DNA of 63,674 nucleotides, filler included, from Klebsormidium nitens (taxonomy: Eukaryota; Plantae; Klebsormidiophyceae): assembly GCA_000708835.1 (NCBI GenBank). It is 5 parts of 5 records of this genome, joined end to end, with 100 filler letters (N's around TTAATTAATTAA, not from the genome) between each part and the next. Parts side by side here need not be neighbours in the genome. Positions count along the whole stretch, not along the records: positions 1 to 30,009 come from DF237713.1; 4 more parts are not named here. One strand, 5' to 3'. The position numbers were made by a program, and so were the translations under genes. This document shows positions 1 through 17,000 of this stretch, piece by piece (the stretch's first letter is position 1; every line of letters starts with the position of its first letter). Under the pieces are notes generated by a model. The model did no database searches, was not told where the DNA came from, and was given only the letters and a program-made list of their open reading frames with translations.

Positions 1-1280
1 CTGGGCTTCTCAATGCGCAAGGAAGCGCGCCAAGCAGCAGGCGCCCGGCGCGCCGAAGAAGTGGTGCACGCATTACAACTCCAGTACGCATGATATGGCC
101 GAATGCAAGGCCTTACAGCATGGGGCGCCATCAGCGCCGCCCCTTGCGAACGCTCGTGCCGCGCAGGCCCCGGCCGCTCAGAAGAACGAGCCCAGGGACC
201 CGGCCGAGCCCACACTTGAGGAGCTTCAGGAGCTCTGGGACGCCCACTATGGACGCGTCACAGGATACGGCGCCTGCGTGATGTCAGCGCGCGCCGCAAC
301 CCGAACGGGCAAGCAGCAGCCAGTCACAGTAGGCCAGCCACCTCACGTCAGGCCGCGCCTAAGCTGCGTGCAGTGGCCTTACACGAGAGGCCCCTAAGAA
401 CGAACGACGTCGCGGCCGTCTCGCCGACATGCCGCTGGGCTTTCTGCCCAAGGACTTCATTCGGACTTCCAGTCCGACCAGACCCGAGCCTGCCGAGCCA
501 GCCGAAGCTGAGCAGCGCGCAGAGCCGGATTCCGCCCAGACAGCCGCGCCGGAAGTTACCGCGCTGGCGAAGGGAAAGCAAAAAGCAATTGCACCAGAAG
601 ACGCTGCTAAGAGCGCAGCCCAGGGGACCACCAGAACACGGATTCTGCCTCAGGGCTTTCAAGAGCTGGGCTCCGTCGGACGATCCACGCCGACAGGGAG
701 TCATTTGCGGGCCGACTGCCCCAGTGGACACTGCGCCCGCGCTGCAAGACGCCGACCAGGCACCAGCTGCCGCCGGTCCGCCCCCAGAGCCGGCTGCAGA
801 CAACATTTACGACCCAGAGAACCCCCAAATTGGAGCGCTCCTAGGGAAGCTGCCAGGGGCGTACCGCAGTGACCCGAACGCGGGGTTCCACAGGTCACCT
901 CGGATTGATAACTCCGGCCCGCAGCTTGCCCTCCTAGTGAACGGGCGCGTGGTGCCGAACTTGATTCTGGATTCTGGCGCGGAGGCCGTCATTACAGGCC
1001 CCTCAGGCGCCAAGGCAATGGGGATTACCCTTGACATGCCATTCGCCGCAGAGCGATTGTGATCCGCGATGCAACAGGACAGCTGTTCGGACCGCTTGGA
1101 TCAAACACTTGAGCCGGTCAGCTTCGAGCTGAATCCAGGCACCCCTGACGTAGTCACTGTTATGGCGCACGTGGTGATTGCATCCCACGATCTGCCTGAC
1201 ACACTCAGTCGGGATGAGTGTCATGGGACCGGCCAGCATATGATTCCAAACCCCCGCAAGCAGCGGGTGAAGTATTAGGT
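1..1280 (+). mobile_element. Decayed Ty3/gypsy-type gag C-terminus plus aspartic protease (frameshifted; no RT follows)
   Basis: Zn-knuckle-like WASQC and WCTHYNSSTHDMAEC at 1-110; retropepsin motif LILDSGAEAVITG near 960-1000; a second-half GMSVMG motif near 1210-1230 is reached only by frameshift; stops and frameshifts separate the pieces. Confidence 0.7.
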
Positions 1281-2346
1281 GGATCCGAACACAGACAGCG
1301 AGCGCAGCGCCTACCTTCGGTGTGAATTCCCGATCGAGTACGGCCGCACCATGGATTACGACATTTACTGCATGACTACGACTACATCAGCATGTTAGGA
1401 TTGGTTGCGCGGATTAGCCGCGGTACTATATTCATTTTGAGCACGTTAGATTGCGCATGGTCATAGGACCCGAGACGTTACTGACACGACACGTAGCATC
1501 ACGACAAAGCGGCCCAAGTTTTGCATTGGCTGAGCGATTTTTTGCCCTGTTACTCAGGGGAGTTTGGCCGGGCCAGTGGATCACTCTTTCCCCTCGATAG
1601 TGACCCATATCCATCATTGAACGCGGCTTGAAAACCGACGCCCTCTATAAGCAATTTAACGAGTTCCCTCGAAAAACTGGGTAGGCACTGTCCAAAAACA
1701 CTAAGACTACTGTCACTAGGAGCCACAAGCCGCATGCAGCTTACTACAAATCACTGCGGTGACGAGAGTCCTTCAAAAGGACATGGATCTGAATATCACA
1801 CTGACATATACCGAATGAATGTACAATGCGGTGCATGTACCAAGGGTAGAAGAACGACGATTTGACCATACATAGGGTCATGCCGCAAGACCTTGAACGC
1901 GTTGTGGGCAGGACCTGACATGGTCCGAGCAAGATGTGGTGCAACCGCCTGGCTCTTGCTACCCGACATGCATGTCAGTATATTGAAAGCAGTGGGGTGA
2001 CATGCACGAGGTGGCGTGGCTGTCTTTTGCAGAGACCCCTTCACCAGGTGTTGTAGAACGTATTGAGGATATATGCGGCTCGCAACCAAAACAGAGGGCT
2101 TCCGCGATCTGATCATATGGGCATTAAGAGTACTGTATTATCTCCGACAATGAAAGCCTACTTAAAGGTCTGGCTGGCAACCCGGAGACCTGCGACCTCT
2201 CCCATCTGACCATGATGCACGAAACGCTTATTCAAGCACCGGTGCATGACACCACACGAGAGGATTGAGAGGACCATGATAAAGCACAATGGCAAACTTG
2301 TTTGTGAAAGCCTGCAAATTAAGGCCAAAGTGGACACTGTCATTGC

Positions 2347-4816
<2,470 letters not shown>

Positions 4817-5855
4817 GGTGGACGCGTCGCCAAGCCCCCCTGCCGCAAGTGCAATGGAAAGAGGACGAAGCAAGCAGGTGTCCCTCCCTTTGTATCCCTC
4901 CCGCTAGAACCGGACAGTACGTTAAGCAAAGCCCTGCCGTTACCGTGAAACCGGCGCAAACTTCCGAGAGCAGTGGCTTCAAAAACCTATCTTGAGACCG
5001 GCAAAGTCGCTCGTGAGCCGTTACCGATCAGGCGGCAGCCTACTAAATATCAAGTAAGTACTATCTACTACCGTAGTCCATGATAACATACGGTAGCATC
5101 ATGCTCGTGACATGAACTACCTACCTAGGTATGTATAATACCGGTACCTATACCGTAATTTTGTAATTTTTTGGGCGAACGCGCACCCGCAATATGCAGC
5201 AATGCTGCGTGTGTGTGTGTGCCTGCACAGGCTGCAGTGCCCATGCCCCATGGTTCAATGCTTGGGCCCGGGGCTCCCCATCCTCGCAAGGAGCCGCACC
5301 CTTGATTCCACTTTGATATAGGACAGGTGATGCAGCCTGTTTAGGATAGCACTCGACAAACGCTGCTCCGATGTTCTATGCGCTATGCACCCGGGTATGC
5401 ACGCGTTCATTAATATGAAGCGACCATTTGTGTTCCCCTCGTCGGGAGGCTTCTGACAGCTGGAACAGGCGTGGCAAGCCTGCCAGTCGCAGCACCAACG
5501 AGCGCTTCAATCCGGCTTCCTCCAAGCGTCTGTAGGGACTATGCTTCTGGCGTGATTGTCTGCGAGTCTACTTCGGTTCAATTGTTCCTCTTTGTCTCGG
5601 GCAATCGGTAAGCGGTATGGAAAGTTCGGCTGGTCTGTTAGCTGCTTGGAACATGACAAAATGGCAGTGCGGTGTTGACCTGCTGCTTGTGTCACCAGCT
5701 TAGAAGACTTTGAAATTAGCAGTATGGGACGGTGATACGGCTAGGAGCTCTTGCGCTTTCATCTGATGCTGTCCTCCGTGATGCAGGACGAGTACCTTGG
5801 GGACACCGCCTCAACGGTGCCGTAGAAGAAGACCCCCTGCCTGGGCAATGTGGGC

Positions 5856-8800
5856 ATGGATCATGGGCTCACATCAGAGAAGGCCACCGAGATGAAGCCA
5901 GGTAACATCTGGGTGGGATTGTCCGGAATGGACTGCAGCACTAGTACCTTTTGCAAGTGGATTCTGCCATCATTTTTCTTACCCTGTTTGAAGTGAGCTT
6001 GTGAGCTTGGTGAGGTTCAACTACACCATGTCATTGGAAGGCTGAGCCAGCATGCAGAGTTGGCAGAACAGCCCCTCTTATCTGTGCAGCCCCCTCCCCT
6101 CTTCCCCCTGCCCCCCTGCCGGACGAGGCCCTGCAGTGGTTGCTGCCCCTGGACTTTCTCCCCCGCGCCGCCGGCGCGGCGTGGCGCTGGCAGTGGCCGC
6201 CTGGCGTGGAGTATGCCCTGCGTGCCCTGGCGGCGGGTCCTGCCACCAGCGGGGTGGCGGCGGGGGTGGCCCTTGGGGAGGCCATCCAGGACATGCGCCG
6301 CGAGCTGCGCCTCGGCCGCTGCCATGGCAGCCTGCACACTGGTCTCCACACTTTTTTCCACCAGGTGAGGGCCCCGGTCCATAAAACACCCACTCTCGCT
6401 CATCTTCCCCCCCTACTTTCGTGGATGCTTTCATCACCGTCTACAGGCTCCCTGGCACGCATGGAAGGTGCTCAGGCTGTTGGCTGTCGCAGGTGCTCCC
6501 CCCCGCCGCCGCCGCCTCGTTCTTCCTGTCCACCCTCCCCGGCATGGCGGTGCTGGCGCTGTCCCTTCCTGCGGCCCTGCAAGCGCAGCACGCGGCAGCG
6601 CTGCAGGGCCACCCAGCCGGCCGCCACTCCCCCCTGCGCATTCTGCCGGCGCAGCAGCCAGGCCTCGTCATGCTCACCCAGGTAGGAACAGGGCAAGCAC
6701 TCGCGCAGACAGCAGGTGCCATGCCACTTCAGAGTAGTTGAACATGGTTTGTGGAGATGGGACTGTCCGTTTTGACAATTGGTGTCCTGGGTGGCTGCTG
6801 ACGCTGCGCGGCGCGGTGCAGGAGCTGATTGCGGCGCTGCTGGCGTGCAGCTTCTTGTGCCTCTTCCCTACGGGGCCACGCACGGACGAGATGCTGCCGG
6901 CCATCAACTGCGACCGCCTCTTTGGGTACGCAGCCTCGCACCTGGCCAACACCAGGCTCGGCAGAAGAGACAAAGCCGGGGTTTCGCTCAACATCAAAAG
7001 AGGCTCCTGCATGCTGCCAGATAGCTGCTGTAGGGCTGCGGGACCTCGTTCTGCGCGCCTGCCCTGCTGCTCTTGGCTGCAGTGGTGGTGCCATTTCTCA
7101 GCGCTCGCCTCCCCTGGGGCCCTGCAGGTTGCTGGTGCGGGGCGCCCCCTCGCAGGCGGCCAAGGTGCAGTGCCTGGTGCACTACTTTGGGCGTGTCACA
7201 CAGCAGCCCCCTCGCGGCACGGTCACCTTCGAGCGCAAAGTGCTGCCCCTGCCGGGCAGCCCCGGGGATCCCCCCGCCCCCCTCCCCACCAGCGAGGACT
7301 GGGCCGCCAGCACAGCTGCACTCTGCCCCCTCCAGGTACGCCACAGCAAGGCCACCGCTGCAGGGCCTACCGTGCGTTGCTTGAGGTTGTACGTCCATGT
7401 TTCAGCACGAGCTTCCCCGTGCGCCTTTCCTGAAGGCTGGTGCTGCTGCCTCATCCCTTTGTCCCTGACTGCCGCTCTGTTGACCCTTGTTTGCTTAGGC
7501 GGGTGCAGGTTCTGGACGGCGGCACGATTGAGGATGACGGCGCAGCCTACCTGCAAGTCGACTTTGCCAACGCCTTCCTTGGGGGCGGCGTTCTGGGTGC
7601 CGGCTGCGTGCAGGTGAAGCTTCGGCCCTGCTCTGCCCCCCCCACTGCCAGTGCGCCCCTCCGCTGCCTCAGCTGCGCCTGCTGCCCGTGCACCGCGGGC
7701 ATTGTCAGGCTGGGGCGTGACGTGCGGGGCGTGCGCGGTGCAGGAGGAGATCCGCTTCATGCTGTGCCCCGAGCTGCTGGTGGGCATGCTCTTCCTGCCC
7801 GCCCTCGCGGACAATGAGGCCATCGAGGTGGTCGGCGCGGAGCGCTACAGCGCCTACACCGGGTGAGCTGCCCTTCTCTCCGGACCACTGCCGCTCGCGC
7901 GCGGCTTCTGGCCGTCCTGGGCAGCGCGCAGCTGCGGATGAGGCCTGCTGCATGGCGCCTGACTCGGGCGCTGGGTGCAGGTATGCGGACACCTTCCAGT
8001 TTGCGGGGGACTTCGTGGACGCAACGCCGCGTGATGCGCTGGGGCGGCGCGCTACGCACCTGGTGGCCATTGACGCGCTGGCCAACCCGGGAACAAGGCA
8101 GTGGGCCTCGCAGCACAGGCTCAGGTCAGCACCAGCGCGGGAAGCGGAGGCGGCGTGGCCGTGCGCACTTATGGACGCAGTGGAGCAGAAAGCAGGCTGT
8201 AGTCCAGTCTGCGCCCCACTTGGCTATGAAACGGGCATACTGAAGCATTCTGGTGCCAGGCCAGTTTGTACTCGGCGGTGGTTTTGCAACTGACTTGTGT
8301 GGGGCGGGTTGCAGGGAGGTTAATAAGGCCTTCTGTGGATTCCTGGACCACGCCCCCCGGCGCGGTTGGGTCCATGACCCAGGGGCCCTTGCCAGCCCTG
8401 CCGGCGCGGCCAACGAAGGTGCACCGTCCACCAGCCCCGAAGGTGGGGCCAGCACGTCGGGCGCTGCAGTTGGCATGCTGGAGGGGGCACAAAGCGAGGC
8501 CGTGCCGGCAGCGGGAAGGGGGGTGGCGACTGGCAACTGGGGGTGCGGTGCATTTGGGGGTGACGTGCAGCTGAAGGCGCTGCTGCAGTGGATGGCGGCC
8601 ACGCAGGCGGGGCGACCGCAGCTGCTCTACTGCTCCTTCGGGGACGCCAAGGCCGCACGCCTGGCGCAGGTGACCCCCCGGCACCTCACCGAGCCGCCTC
8701 TATTCAACTGCTTTCAACCTTGCCGGGCTGCCTCGTGAGGGGATAGGCCTCGGGCAAGGACTGCAGGACCGTAGTCAGCAGGGAGACGTGCTGTGACATT

Positions 8801-9003
8801 CCTCTCGAAGGGGCCTCCACTGGCTGGCCTGACTGCGTGCGGGTGGCTGGGCGGTGTGGCAGGTGGGCGCGTGGCTGCGGCGCGAGGGGTGGGCCGTGGG
8901 CGAGCTGTGGGCCATGTTGCACGAGTACGCGCAGCGGCGCACCAACGACGACTGCCCCGACGACCTCTTCCAGTGGCTCCTGCCGCAGCAACCCAGGACG
9001 TGA
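5856..9003 (+). CDS. PARG: Poly(ADP-ribose) glycohydrolase, plant type, 10 exons
   Basis: Exons 5856-5901 (start less certain), 6090-6364, 6493-6681, 6822-6925, 7128-7335, 7509-7613, 7744-7862, 7981-8124, 8315-8669, 8863-9003, spliced in phase; [19 protein letters not shown]|EEIRF catalytic GGG...QEE motif, [32 protein letters not shown]. Confidence 0.93.
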
Positions 9004-10433
9004 CATCAGCGGGCAAGCCTGATCTACAGGGTTGTAGTACGGGGTTCATGACAAAGACAGGGGGCGTCTGTACGAAGCAGTATGATACATTGAGTTGGAC
9101 ACGAACATTTGGATCGGATGATTTGTGTTTTCAAACTCGGTCCTTTCCTTACATGTGAATTGATTACTGCAACCACAAGGTCTTGCAGATCGTGTTCGTA
9201 AATTCATATGGTGTTCTTAAAGGCAGAAAAGTTCCTTTCGAAGCTCCTGTCGAATTCCCTTATTGATTGCCTGCATCATAGCTCCTTGAAGTGGACATCG
9301 TCAATACATCTTTGCAGCTGCGCGCCAAATTTACGTTCCAAATTCGCGGTGAGGCAGTCCAACGGTACTAATGACGTGGGGCAGAACCTTCCTGTTCAAC
9401 CAAATCGAGATTCTTCTATATGCCTGCACCCTGTGACATGCAGTTGCATTGGGTTAAGTGAACAAACACATCTGTATAAGTTCGCCACTTCATAATGTCG
9501 ACTTAAGTACGATGTCACGGTATCAATGCAGTAAAGTCTGCGATTTGGAGTCCCCGATCGCGATCTGCACGCAGACGCTTTTGTGCAATGAAACAACCAT
9601 GCATCGGCGCGCGCTCATGCATGCAAAGTCATGGATCATGCAATCATGCAAAGTGCCATGCACATATGGCGACCTCGACGTATTGTGAGCAAGAAGCACA
9701 TGCATCTTTGATTATTTGGAAGAACACCATCAGTCGAGCTCGAATGTCGCTAATTTTGATCCAAAAAACGGCGAATTGACTTTAGCAATATTGCTGTACA
9801 TTATTCAATAATTCGCCAGGCTAGACATATCTAGCCCATGGACTTATGTTTGCAGTGTTTCACATGTGTCATTTTCAATCTGTGTACTGACATGCTGAAA
9901 TAATTGAGGCCGGATCGTGAATGCAAAGTGTCGCGTGTCGTTATAATGAGCTGGTGTACCTAGCTTGATCCGGGCTGTTGAGGGTAGTGTGCAGCAACCC
10001 CAACCGGTTGCTGGTCAGCCTGTGCGCTGTGCGCAGGCACTGGAAACCTCTTCGGAACTCAAGATATGATTGCTTGTGTGGTTATCCAAGCTCAAGTTTG
10101 CGTCGCGAGTGTAGCATGCATGCAAAGTAGTTGGTCCCGAATGGGCCCGTCTGTCTGCAGCAGGGACTCTTCAACTTCCAGCTGGGATTGATAGCGCCCT
10201 TGTGAGTCCCTTTGAAAAGGGTATCGAACTGACGACAACTCTTGAAAGGCCGACGGCATGGAAGTGAGCCGCTAGACGCACTTGATGTCCCAAGTTTTCC
10301 GAGAATAAAAGCCGCCACATCCAACACCTTCATGCCGCTCGAATGACGTGAATAAAGGCAACGTTTGGCAGCTATCTGAGTCGTTTTATGTGCACAGCGC
10401 AAACACACCGCAATGCAGGACCGACCTCTTTCG

Positions 10434-12779
10434 TCAGTCGTCTCCTTCTGACTCGCTCTCTGATTGACTTTCTCCCAAGCTCCCCGCGCTCCCGCTGTCA
10501 CTATCGTCCAGGCTGGCAGCTGGAGCCTCATCCTGCAGGAACACACGAGGGGGAGGTGGTCACACGTCTTGCCGGGAACCAAGGTTCCGCCGGCAGAGGC
10601 AGACTGCACTTCAGGGTTGCGCCCAAAGGTTGTTCAGAAACAGACGTTCGATCGCCAAGAGCGTGCTGCGGCTTCGCCCCGCCTAGCGTTGCACCGCCCA
10701 GGCTGGTGATCGGAGTGACATCTCACCGCGCCCCGGTCCCAGTCCGCCAGCTTGTGGCGGCCCAGCAAGAAGTCGTCGCGGAGCACGTCCCAGCCCCCAG
10801 CGCTCGGCCCCGCCTCGGTGAGGTCCGCCTGTCATGCACACAAGCACGGTCAACAAGAGCGAGCCACAGGAACGACCGCGCCCCGCCTACGGGGAGGCAC
10901 TGGCGCAGGCACCCTCGCGCAAAGCCGCCATGGTACTGCTGCGAGTCCCCCACGCACAGTAGGTCGGCTTCGCCTTTTGGAGGGCTCCTATCCGCGAGTA
11001 ACAAAAATGTTCTTGGTCAAAAGGAGACAACATGACCACCGCAGACGAGTAACTCAAAAGATCGTGACAGATAAAGGAAGCTGCGCATTCTGGCGGTTAA
11101 GTCGACCTCATGACCTCTTCTAGGAGTGGCCACCAGGTGCCACACATGCAGGTCAGCAGTGCTGCACCACGGCGCACACGAATCTGCTGCAAAGTGGGGC
11201 TCGCTGCCCCCACACGCCTCCAATCTGGCGGCTTCCTCTTCCGAACTTCACCTTTGACACCGTACACACTATCAACTCCAACATCAGGCCCCCAGACATG
11301 GCGTACAACTTCGCCTTGCACTGACATGGATGAAACTGTCGTTCATCAGAGCCACAGGCAGCTGTGAGCGCCCAGCATTCCCAGGCGCTCCTCTCTTGTG
11401 TTACCTGCCGCCCCTCCCTGACATCCCCAGGCTCCCCTCCTTTGGGGCCCCTCTCTGCCCCCGCCGCACCCCCGGCCGGTGCGTCACCTGGCCGCTGCTC
11501 CGGTGCAGGGCTGCCCTCTGCTGCCCCCGCCACTCCGCGCAGCTCCGCCAAAAAGGAGCGCTTGTCCAGCCGGCCTGCTCCTGCACCCACCCATGAGTTG
11601 CCAATCAGTGGAGCAGACACAGCGCTATGGTCATACAATGGCAACATTGAAGCGGCTGATGTCCCGGCAGGATCAGCTCGGCTCATCAGTGCCGTCGATT
11701 GGGATGCGGTGCTGTCCCATCGAAGTGGCCCAGACTAGCCAGGCCCACACCTTTTGTTCTGTGGGGCCCATCTGGAGCCGCTGCCGCTGCCGCCTGCTCC
11801 TTTTGTGCCTTGGCCACCTGCGCAGGAGCCAAGCAGACAGGCATTCAACAGGGGGGATGCTGCGCTCGACATCCAAATGGGGGGTAAAGCTGGACCCTCC
11901 CACTGCTGATTGCTGCACCCAAGGGCCGTGCTAGGCGGGGGGGCACAGAGAAGGCGCGAGCAGCACGACTTCGCAGCGGACCAGGACGGCAGCATCTGTG
12001 AATCTGGTATGAGCGACCACTGCTGCGTGGCCCTCACCGCATTGAAGAGGCGCACCACCCCCCGCGTGGCCACCTGGCGCAGCGCACGCTCCGCGGGGGT
12101 GGGCCCCGCCACAGGCAGCACGTGCGCCAGCTCGACCAGCTGCACGCACACACAGAGAGAGGCGCGCAGTCAGGGACGATGCTGCCAGCCTGAACGGCAA
12201 CCAGCCGGGCCAAGCACGGCTGAGCGTGCAGGCAGCCCAGAGGAGGGTGTGGCCCACTGCTGGGGGCCAAGGGGAGCTCGTCCCCAAGAGGTGGCAATGT
12301 CTGATAATCACTTGACAAGTAAGCAGACACGAGTGACAATCAGTAAAAGGTCCTTGCAAACAAGCTTATCGATGGATCCGCTATCCCAGGTCCCGTCCTG
12401 GCATTTAGCCCCCTACATTGAATCCCAGCGCTAGCCGTTCTCCCCTGCCTGCTGCTGGCCTGCTGGCTTTCATGTGTATGTCTCCCCGCCTCACCTCTTT
12501 GCGCTGCCGCTTGGCCTCCTGCTGCCCTGCCTGCTCTGCACGCTCCGCCTCCGTCGCCGCTGCCACTGCGCGGTGCTGCTTCACCAGGATGGGGGCCGCC
12601 CCGCCAGCCTCCGGCCCCTCCTTGCTCAGGATCTGCAGAAAGGCGCGCGCAAACCCCGTCTCCTCCCCAGCGTCCGCCTCCTTCTCATCTCCATTGTGGC
12701 CAGTCTCTTGCTGTTCCGAGGTAAGGCCATGCTCTAGTGCCAATTCCTCCTCAACACGAGCCTTCCGCTTTGATCCCAT
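10434..12779 (-). CDS. RRP15: RRP15-like 60S biogenesis factor, 6 exons, ~276 aa
   Basis: Exons 12495-12779, 12038-12139, 11751-11817, 11405-11580, 10727-10828, 10434-10532 in phase; ERALRQVATRGVVRLFNAV, LDKRSFLAEL, WDVLRDDFLLGRHKLADWD and an acidic tail. Confidence 0.9.
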
Positions 12780-14094
12780 CCCTATTGCCTTAATCTGCAG
12801 CATCGAATGTGTGCTTTCTGAAGGCAGCTTGTCAAAGGTCGTCAGTGGCGGGGCGCGAGCAGTAGGCATACCACCACCACGGCATCAAGCAGCAGAAAGG
12901 CGCAGGCCCAAGGTGCAGGCCAGGCAAAAGCAAAGCAGCAGTGCAGTGGGGGTGCCTGAGACTCAGTGAGTGAGAGGACGTTTCCACCCGACTACCAGCA
13001 AGCCAAATGAACTTCGGCATTAAAATTGGGCCAGTCAGGGTCCGACACGTCAGCCCCCCAGAATACCTGAAAGTCCGTCGAAAAGCCTCTCCCGGTCACT
13101 ACGTGTGGGCATGGTGTGAACTACAGCCGGGCACTAGCCATTACCGCGCTGGTCTCATCCGAACGGTAACGATGTTGCATCCAGAGCATGCTTGCGGTCC
13201 AAGAGGTCCAAGCGGGTAGCCCATAACAGGACTCGGACGTCAGCAGCGTCTACAATAAACATTTCAGCATTTTACATGGTATGCTCGAGCCGATTCCAGG
13301 CATAAGCTGGGGTTTAACATTCCGGCCTCGAGTCGGCTCTCAATTCATGATGTCGAGAAACAAAATTGAGACGACAGTGCGCACGCGCGTTGAATACGCG
13401 AGCGGAAAGTGGTTGAAGTTTGGGCCTTCCGCGCACGTGTACCCTCCATAGCCTCAGTGCACTTCGAAATGGGAAACTAATCATTGGTAGGCAGCCACAA
13501 CTCTCCGGTCAGCGACCATAGCCAGGCCACTGCGTAGGCTTTTAAAAGCATGGCACAAAGAGCGCGTGCGTATAGAGAAACGCGGCTGGCCTCGATGACT
13601 CGTTGCCTGCACACCACATATGTATTTGATCGGGCTTGCATTTGTGCGTGTGCAAAACGACTAAGCACATGCCAACATCAGACAAGTTGCATGTGTAGTA
13701 ACGGATTAGCTTAGCTAGGTTAGCTTAGCTTAGATAACTAATCAACAGCTTCAAAACTACAAACCCTGTACCTCGAAAATTTGCAATAAGTGATTGCACA
13801 ATGCTGACTAGCTCAATGTGTAGGCAGGAAAGCTCCGAAGGATCAATTGCTCAGTTGCTTCTGCAAGCAGACGATGACATGGCAGCTCATTCTGCTATCC
13901 AAAGTCCAAGTCCAGCTATAAATTGTTTCGAAGCTGCTGGCTGATTTACAAGTAAAGCCAAGACAACTTGTACCATAATCTTTTCTTTTTATCGCAATGG
14001 GGAGTGTTCGCTTGGAAACGTGCCAGTTAGGTCGCACCGCTGTACATTTGCGCTTACCCGATCACTCGGGCACGAGCACTAGTGGCAATGATGC

Positions 14095-17000
14095 TCAACT
14101 ACCTGCAGGAGGAAGCTTCAAACGAACAACCCATTGCTTTATGCTTTTGAGCACGGCAGGGACTTCCTCATCTCTTAGAACTTTCTTGCCCTTGGACCAA
14201 GATTGCCATCCGTACTCATCAAACCTCTCTGTCGGCACCACATGCACTAATCGAACCTTCACTCCGCTTGCGCTGGCGCGCTCCACCAGCAGCCGCATCC
14301 CTTCCGCACTGGTTCGATGCTGGACGTTGCGCGTAAACTGGACAGCGTTGACCCAGCCGTCGCCCGAGCAGACTAGTGAATCCCAAGACTCCTGCACTTT
14401 TACCAACGGCTTTACATACGTCCGCACCAGCTTCGCCAAGTCGATTCCTTCGCTTGATGCGTCGTACTTCTTTTCTTTGCTGCCCCCAAACGCATCCCGG
14501 ATCTCCTTGATCGCTTGCTCCCTCTGCCTCTCCTCCGCTTCTGTCTCCGTTCGTGGCCGACCCACTGTCCCCTTGGACACCTCCTTTACATCCTCGGGAT
14601 CTAGCGCTATGCCCTGCTGACACATGTCATGCCCGTACTGCTCTAGAAGATCCCCGGTCATCTTGCCCAAGGTCGGCTCCTCAGCTGCAGCGCGCAGCAT
14701 CTCCGTCAGGTCCCGCCACCGGCCGAGCTTAGCTTTCTGGTAGACGAGCTCTTTGATCCGTTGCGAACCGAGGGTGTACCCGACCCACTCAAGGTCTTCT
14801 GTCGCCTGCACATGACAAGATTGCAGAGGTGATTCGGCTGCAAGTCCGTGGTATGTGGTCCATGTGCAGATGAGCGCATGCCCTCAAGTCTGCTGCACAC
14901 CTCCGCTTCAACTTGAGAGCACTTCAAAATGAGCTTTATAAGCACAGGACCAACTAGAGAGGAGCCCATTGTGTCACCTGCTTCGTATTGCTCAACCATG
15001 CAATCCAAGCGAACAAGCACCGCAAAGATCAAAGATGAGAGGTCGGCTATCATTTCAGCCATAACTTTTGACCTGTGCTTCAAGCTGACTCACCTCGATG
15101 TGTGCGAAGATGTGCCGCACTTCACTGTCCGAAGACTGGGCGCTCAGATTGTACAGCTCCACGGCCTGGTCAGCATCCAGCGTGCGCGCGATGTCGTCGA
15201 AAGACAGGATAGGGTTCGCCAAGACGTGCCTGACGAGCCCGCCAAACTCCTCCACGCGCTTCTCCATCTGCTCTTGCGACACCTGGTCGTAGAGGTGCTC
15301 CCGGCAGTCCTCCAGCTCCTTCAGCGTCCACACTGGCAGCCACCACAGGAAGCATCTCCTGCACCACCAATCCAGATTGCCCGGGTCACGAAAGCGAAGT
15401 GCCTGCTGCGGCAAAAGGTTGGGGTCAGAAGAAGTGTAAGAGCCACTAGACAACCAGCCTGTCTTTGCCAATGAATGGAAGGAAAATCGCAGGTGTCAAG
15501 CACCAGGAGGTAAAAGATGATCCTAAAAGAAAGAGGGGTTGCAAGAAGGAGCCCGAAGGAGGCGGCCTTGGAGCCAGGTTTGAACAATTTCCAGCAAGGT
15601 GCTGCGGTATCAATGGCTTGCAGCCAGGGTTCAGAGCGTCCATAATATAGCCAAGGTTGCAGAACAACAAGAACAGAGGGACCGAACAACAAGCACCCAT
15701 CTACAGTTGCGCGCTGCAGGCCTAGGCAAGCACCCAGGACCTTGGATACGTCAAGGATCCGATTCTTCTCAACGATGAAGAGGTCAATTTGGAGCAGGTA
15801 TTGTCTTTGTTCCAACGACTTACTCTCCCTTGCGGAACTCCCAGTAGTTGTCTCTGTTGGGCGAGCACAGTACCACGCAGCGACCATAACCCCGGAACTG
15901 CGTGTGAGGGGGTGCTCGTCCATCTATCACTTGCCAGACAGTGGGGCGCGAAGAGAGAGCTGCACAAGAAGAGAGGCCAATCACTTCTGGTGAGAATGCG
16001 CCGAGACCTCCCACATACTACTTCATCCACAGGCCCAGACCCAGAGTGTGCGCTTTCGCAGGGGCTTACACTGTCATCACGAAAGCCCACTTGCAGTCAA
16101 TATCCACCAACATAGGACCTTTGCATTCCTTGAAGCTAGAGCCAACTACCATTTGCTGCGTAAAATGCTTTTCGCGGTTGCAACAACATGAGAAACTGTT
16201 TGCTTACATTCAAGGGATGGGAAGTCAGCAGCGCTTTCAGAAGCCCATTTTACGTTGATGGCGGAAGGATCTGAAAAATCGAAGAAGATGATGGTGTCCT
16301 GTGTAGCCTGATCCTTGTACCTGCAAAGGCAGACTGAGAATGTTGGCAGAAGACGGGGAAGCATGATCTCCCTCATCTGGGAAGGCCTTGTTAGAAGCGA
16401 GGTGCAAAGCATGATGCTCAGCGACACACGCCACAAGTAAAAGCAGGCGACTACAGAGTTGGACGACCAGGACTTGGTGCATGCGTACCTGTATGCCACT
16501 TGTGCCCCCTGCCCTGCTAAGTGGTGCAGGAGGAGGACTGCAAAGGCAGACTTTCCGATGCCCGGGGTGCCACTCAGGACCACCGCAAAGTTGTCCCCAA
16601 GAGCCTCGAGCTTCGTCAGTACCGTGCGGTAGCACTCCCGGATGACAATGCTTTTCCGCAGGCCTGGCGGCAATCTGACCCTAAGCTCGGGCGGGATCTG
16701 TATGACTCCACTGGCAGTGTCCGCTCGCGCAATGAACTCAGCGTACTTCTGGAGCCCCTCTGGAACAAAGAGCAAATCATTCTTGTGGTGGGGGCTGACC
16801 ACCCGGAGATCAGACACTCTTGTGCCGTCACAAGAAACTCTACACCAGCCTCCACCGCAGCAAATCACCTTTGTGGTGGGCACTGACCACCGGCAGACCA
16901 GACACTCCAAAGCAGAAACTCTACACCAGTCACACAGCGCCTGAAACACCAATCAAGCAGACGACTATGCTGACAGGTGCGGCGAGTGCAGGTGGAGATA

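Noticed and set aside
1340-2120. Possibly decayed coding sequence after the protease fragment
   Set aside because: Multiple stops in every frame and no recognisable RT, recombinase or transposase motif.
6017-9158. Many overlapping ORFs on both strands
   Set aside because: Shadow ORFs of the GC-rich PARG exons.
9180-9400. Protein-like minus-strand stretch (ERKFGAQLQRCIDD...)
   Set aside because: In-frame stops and no family assignment.
13700-13745. TTAGC tandem repeats
   Set aside because: Short, imperfect and not a known telomere motif.
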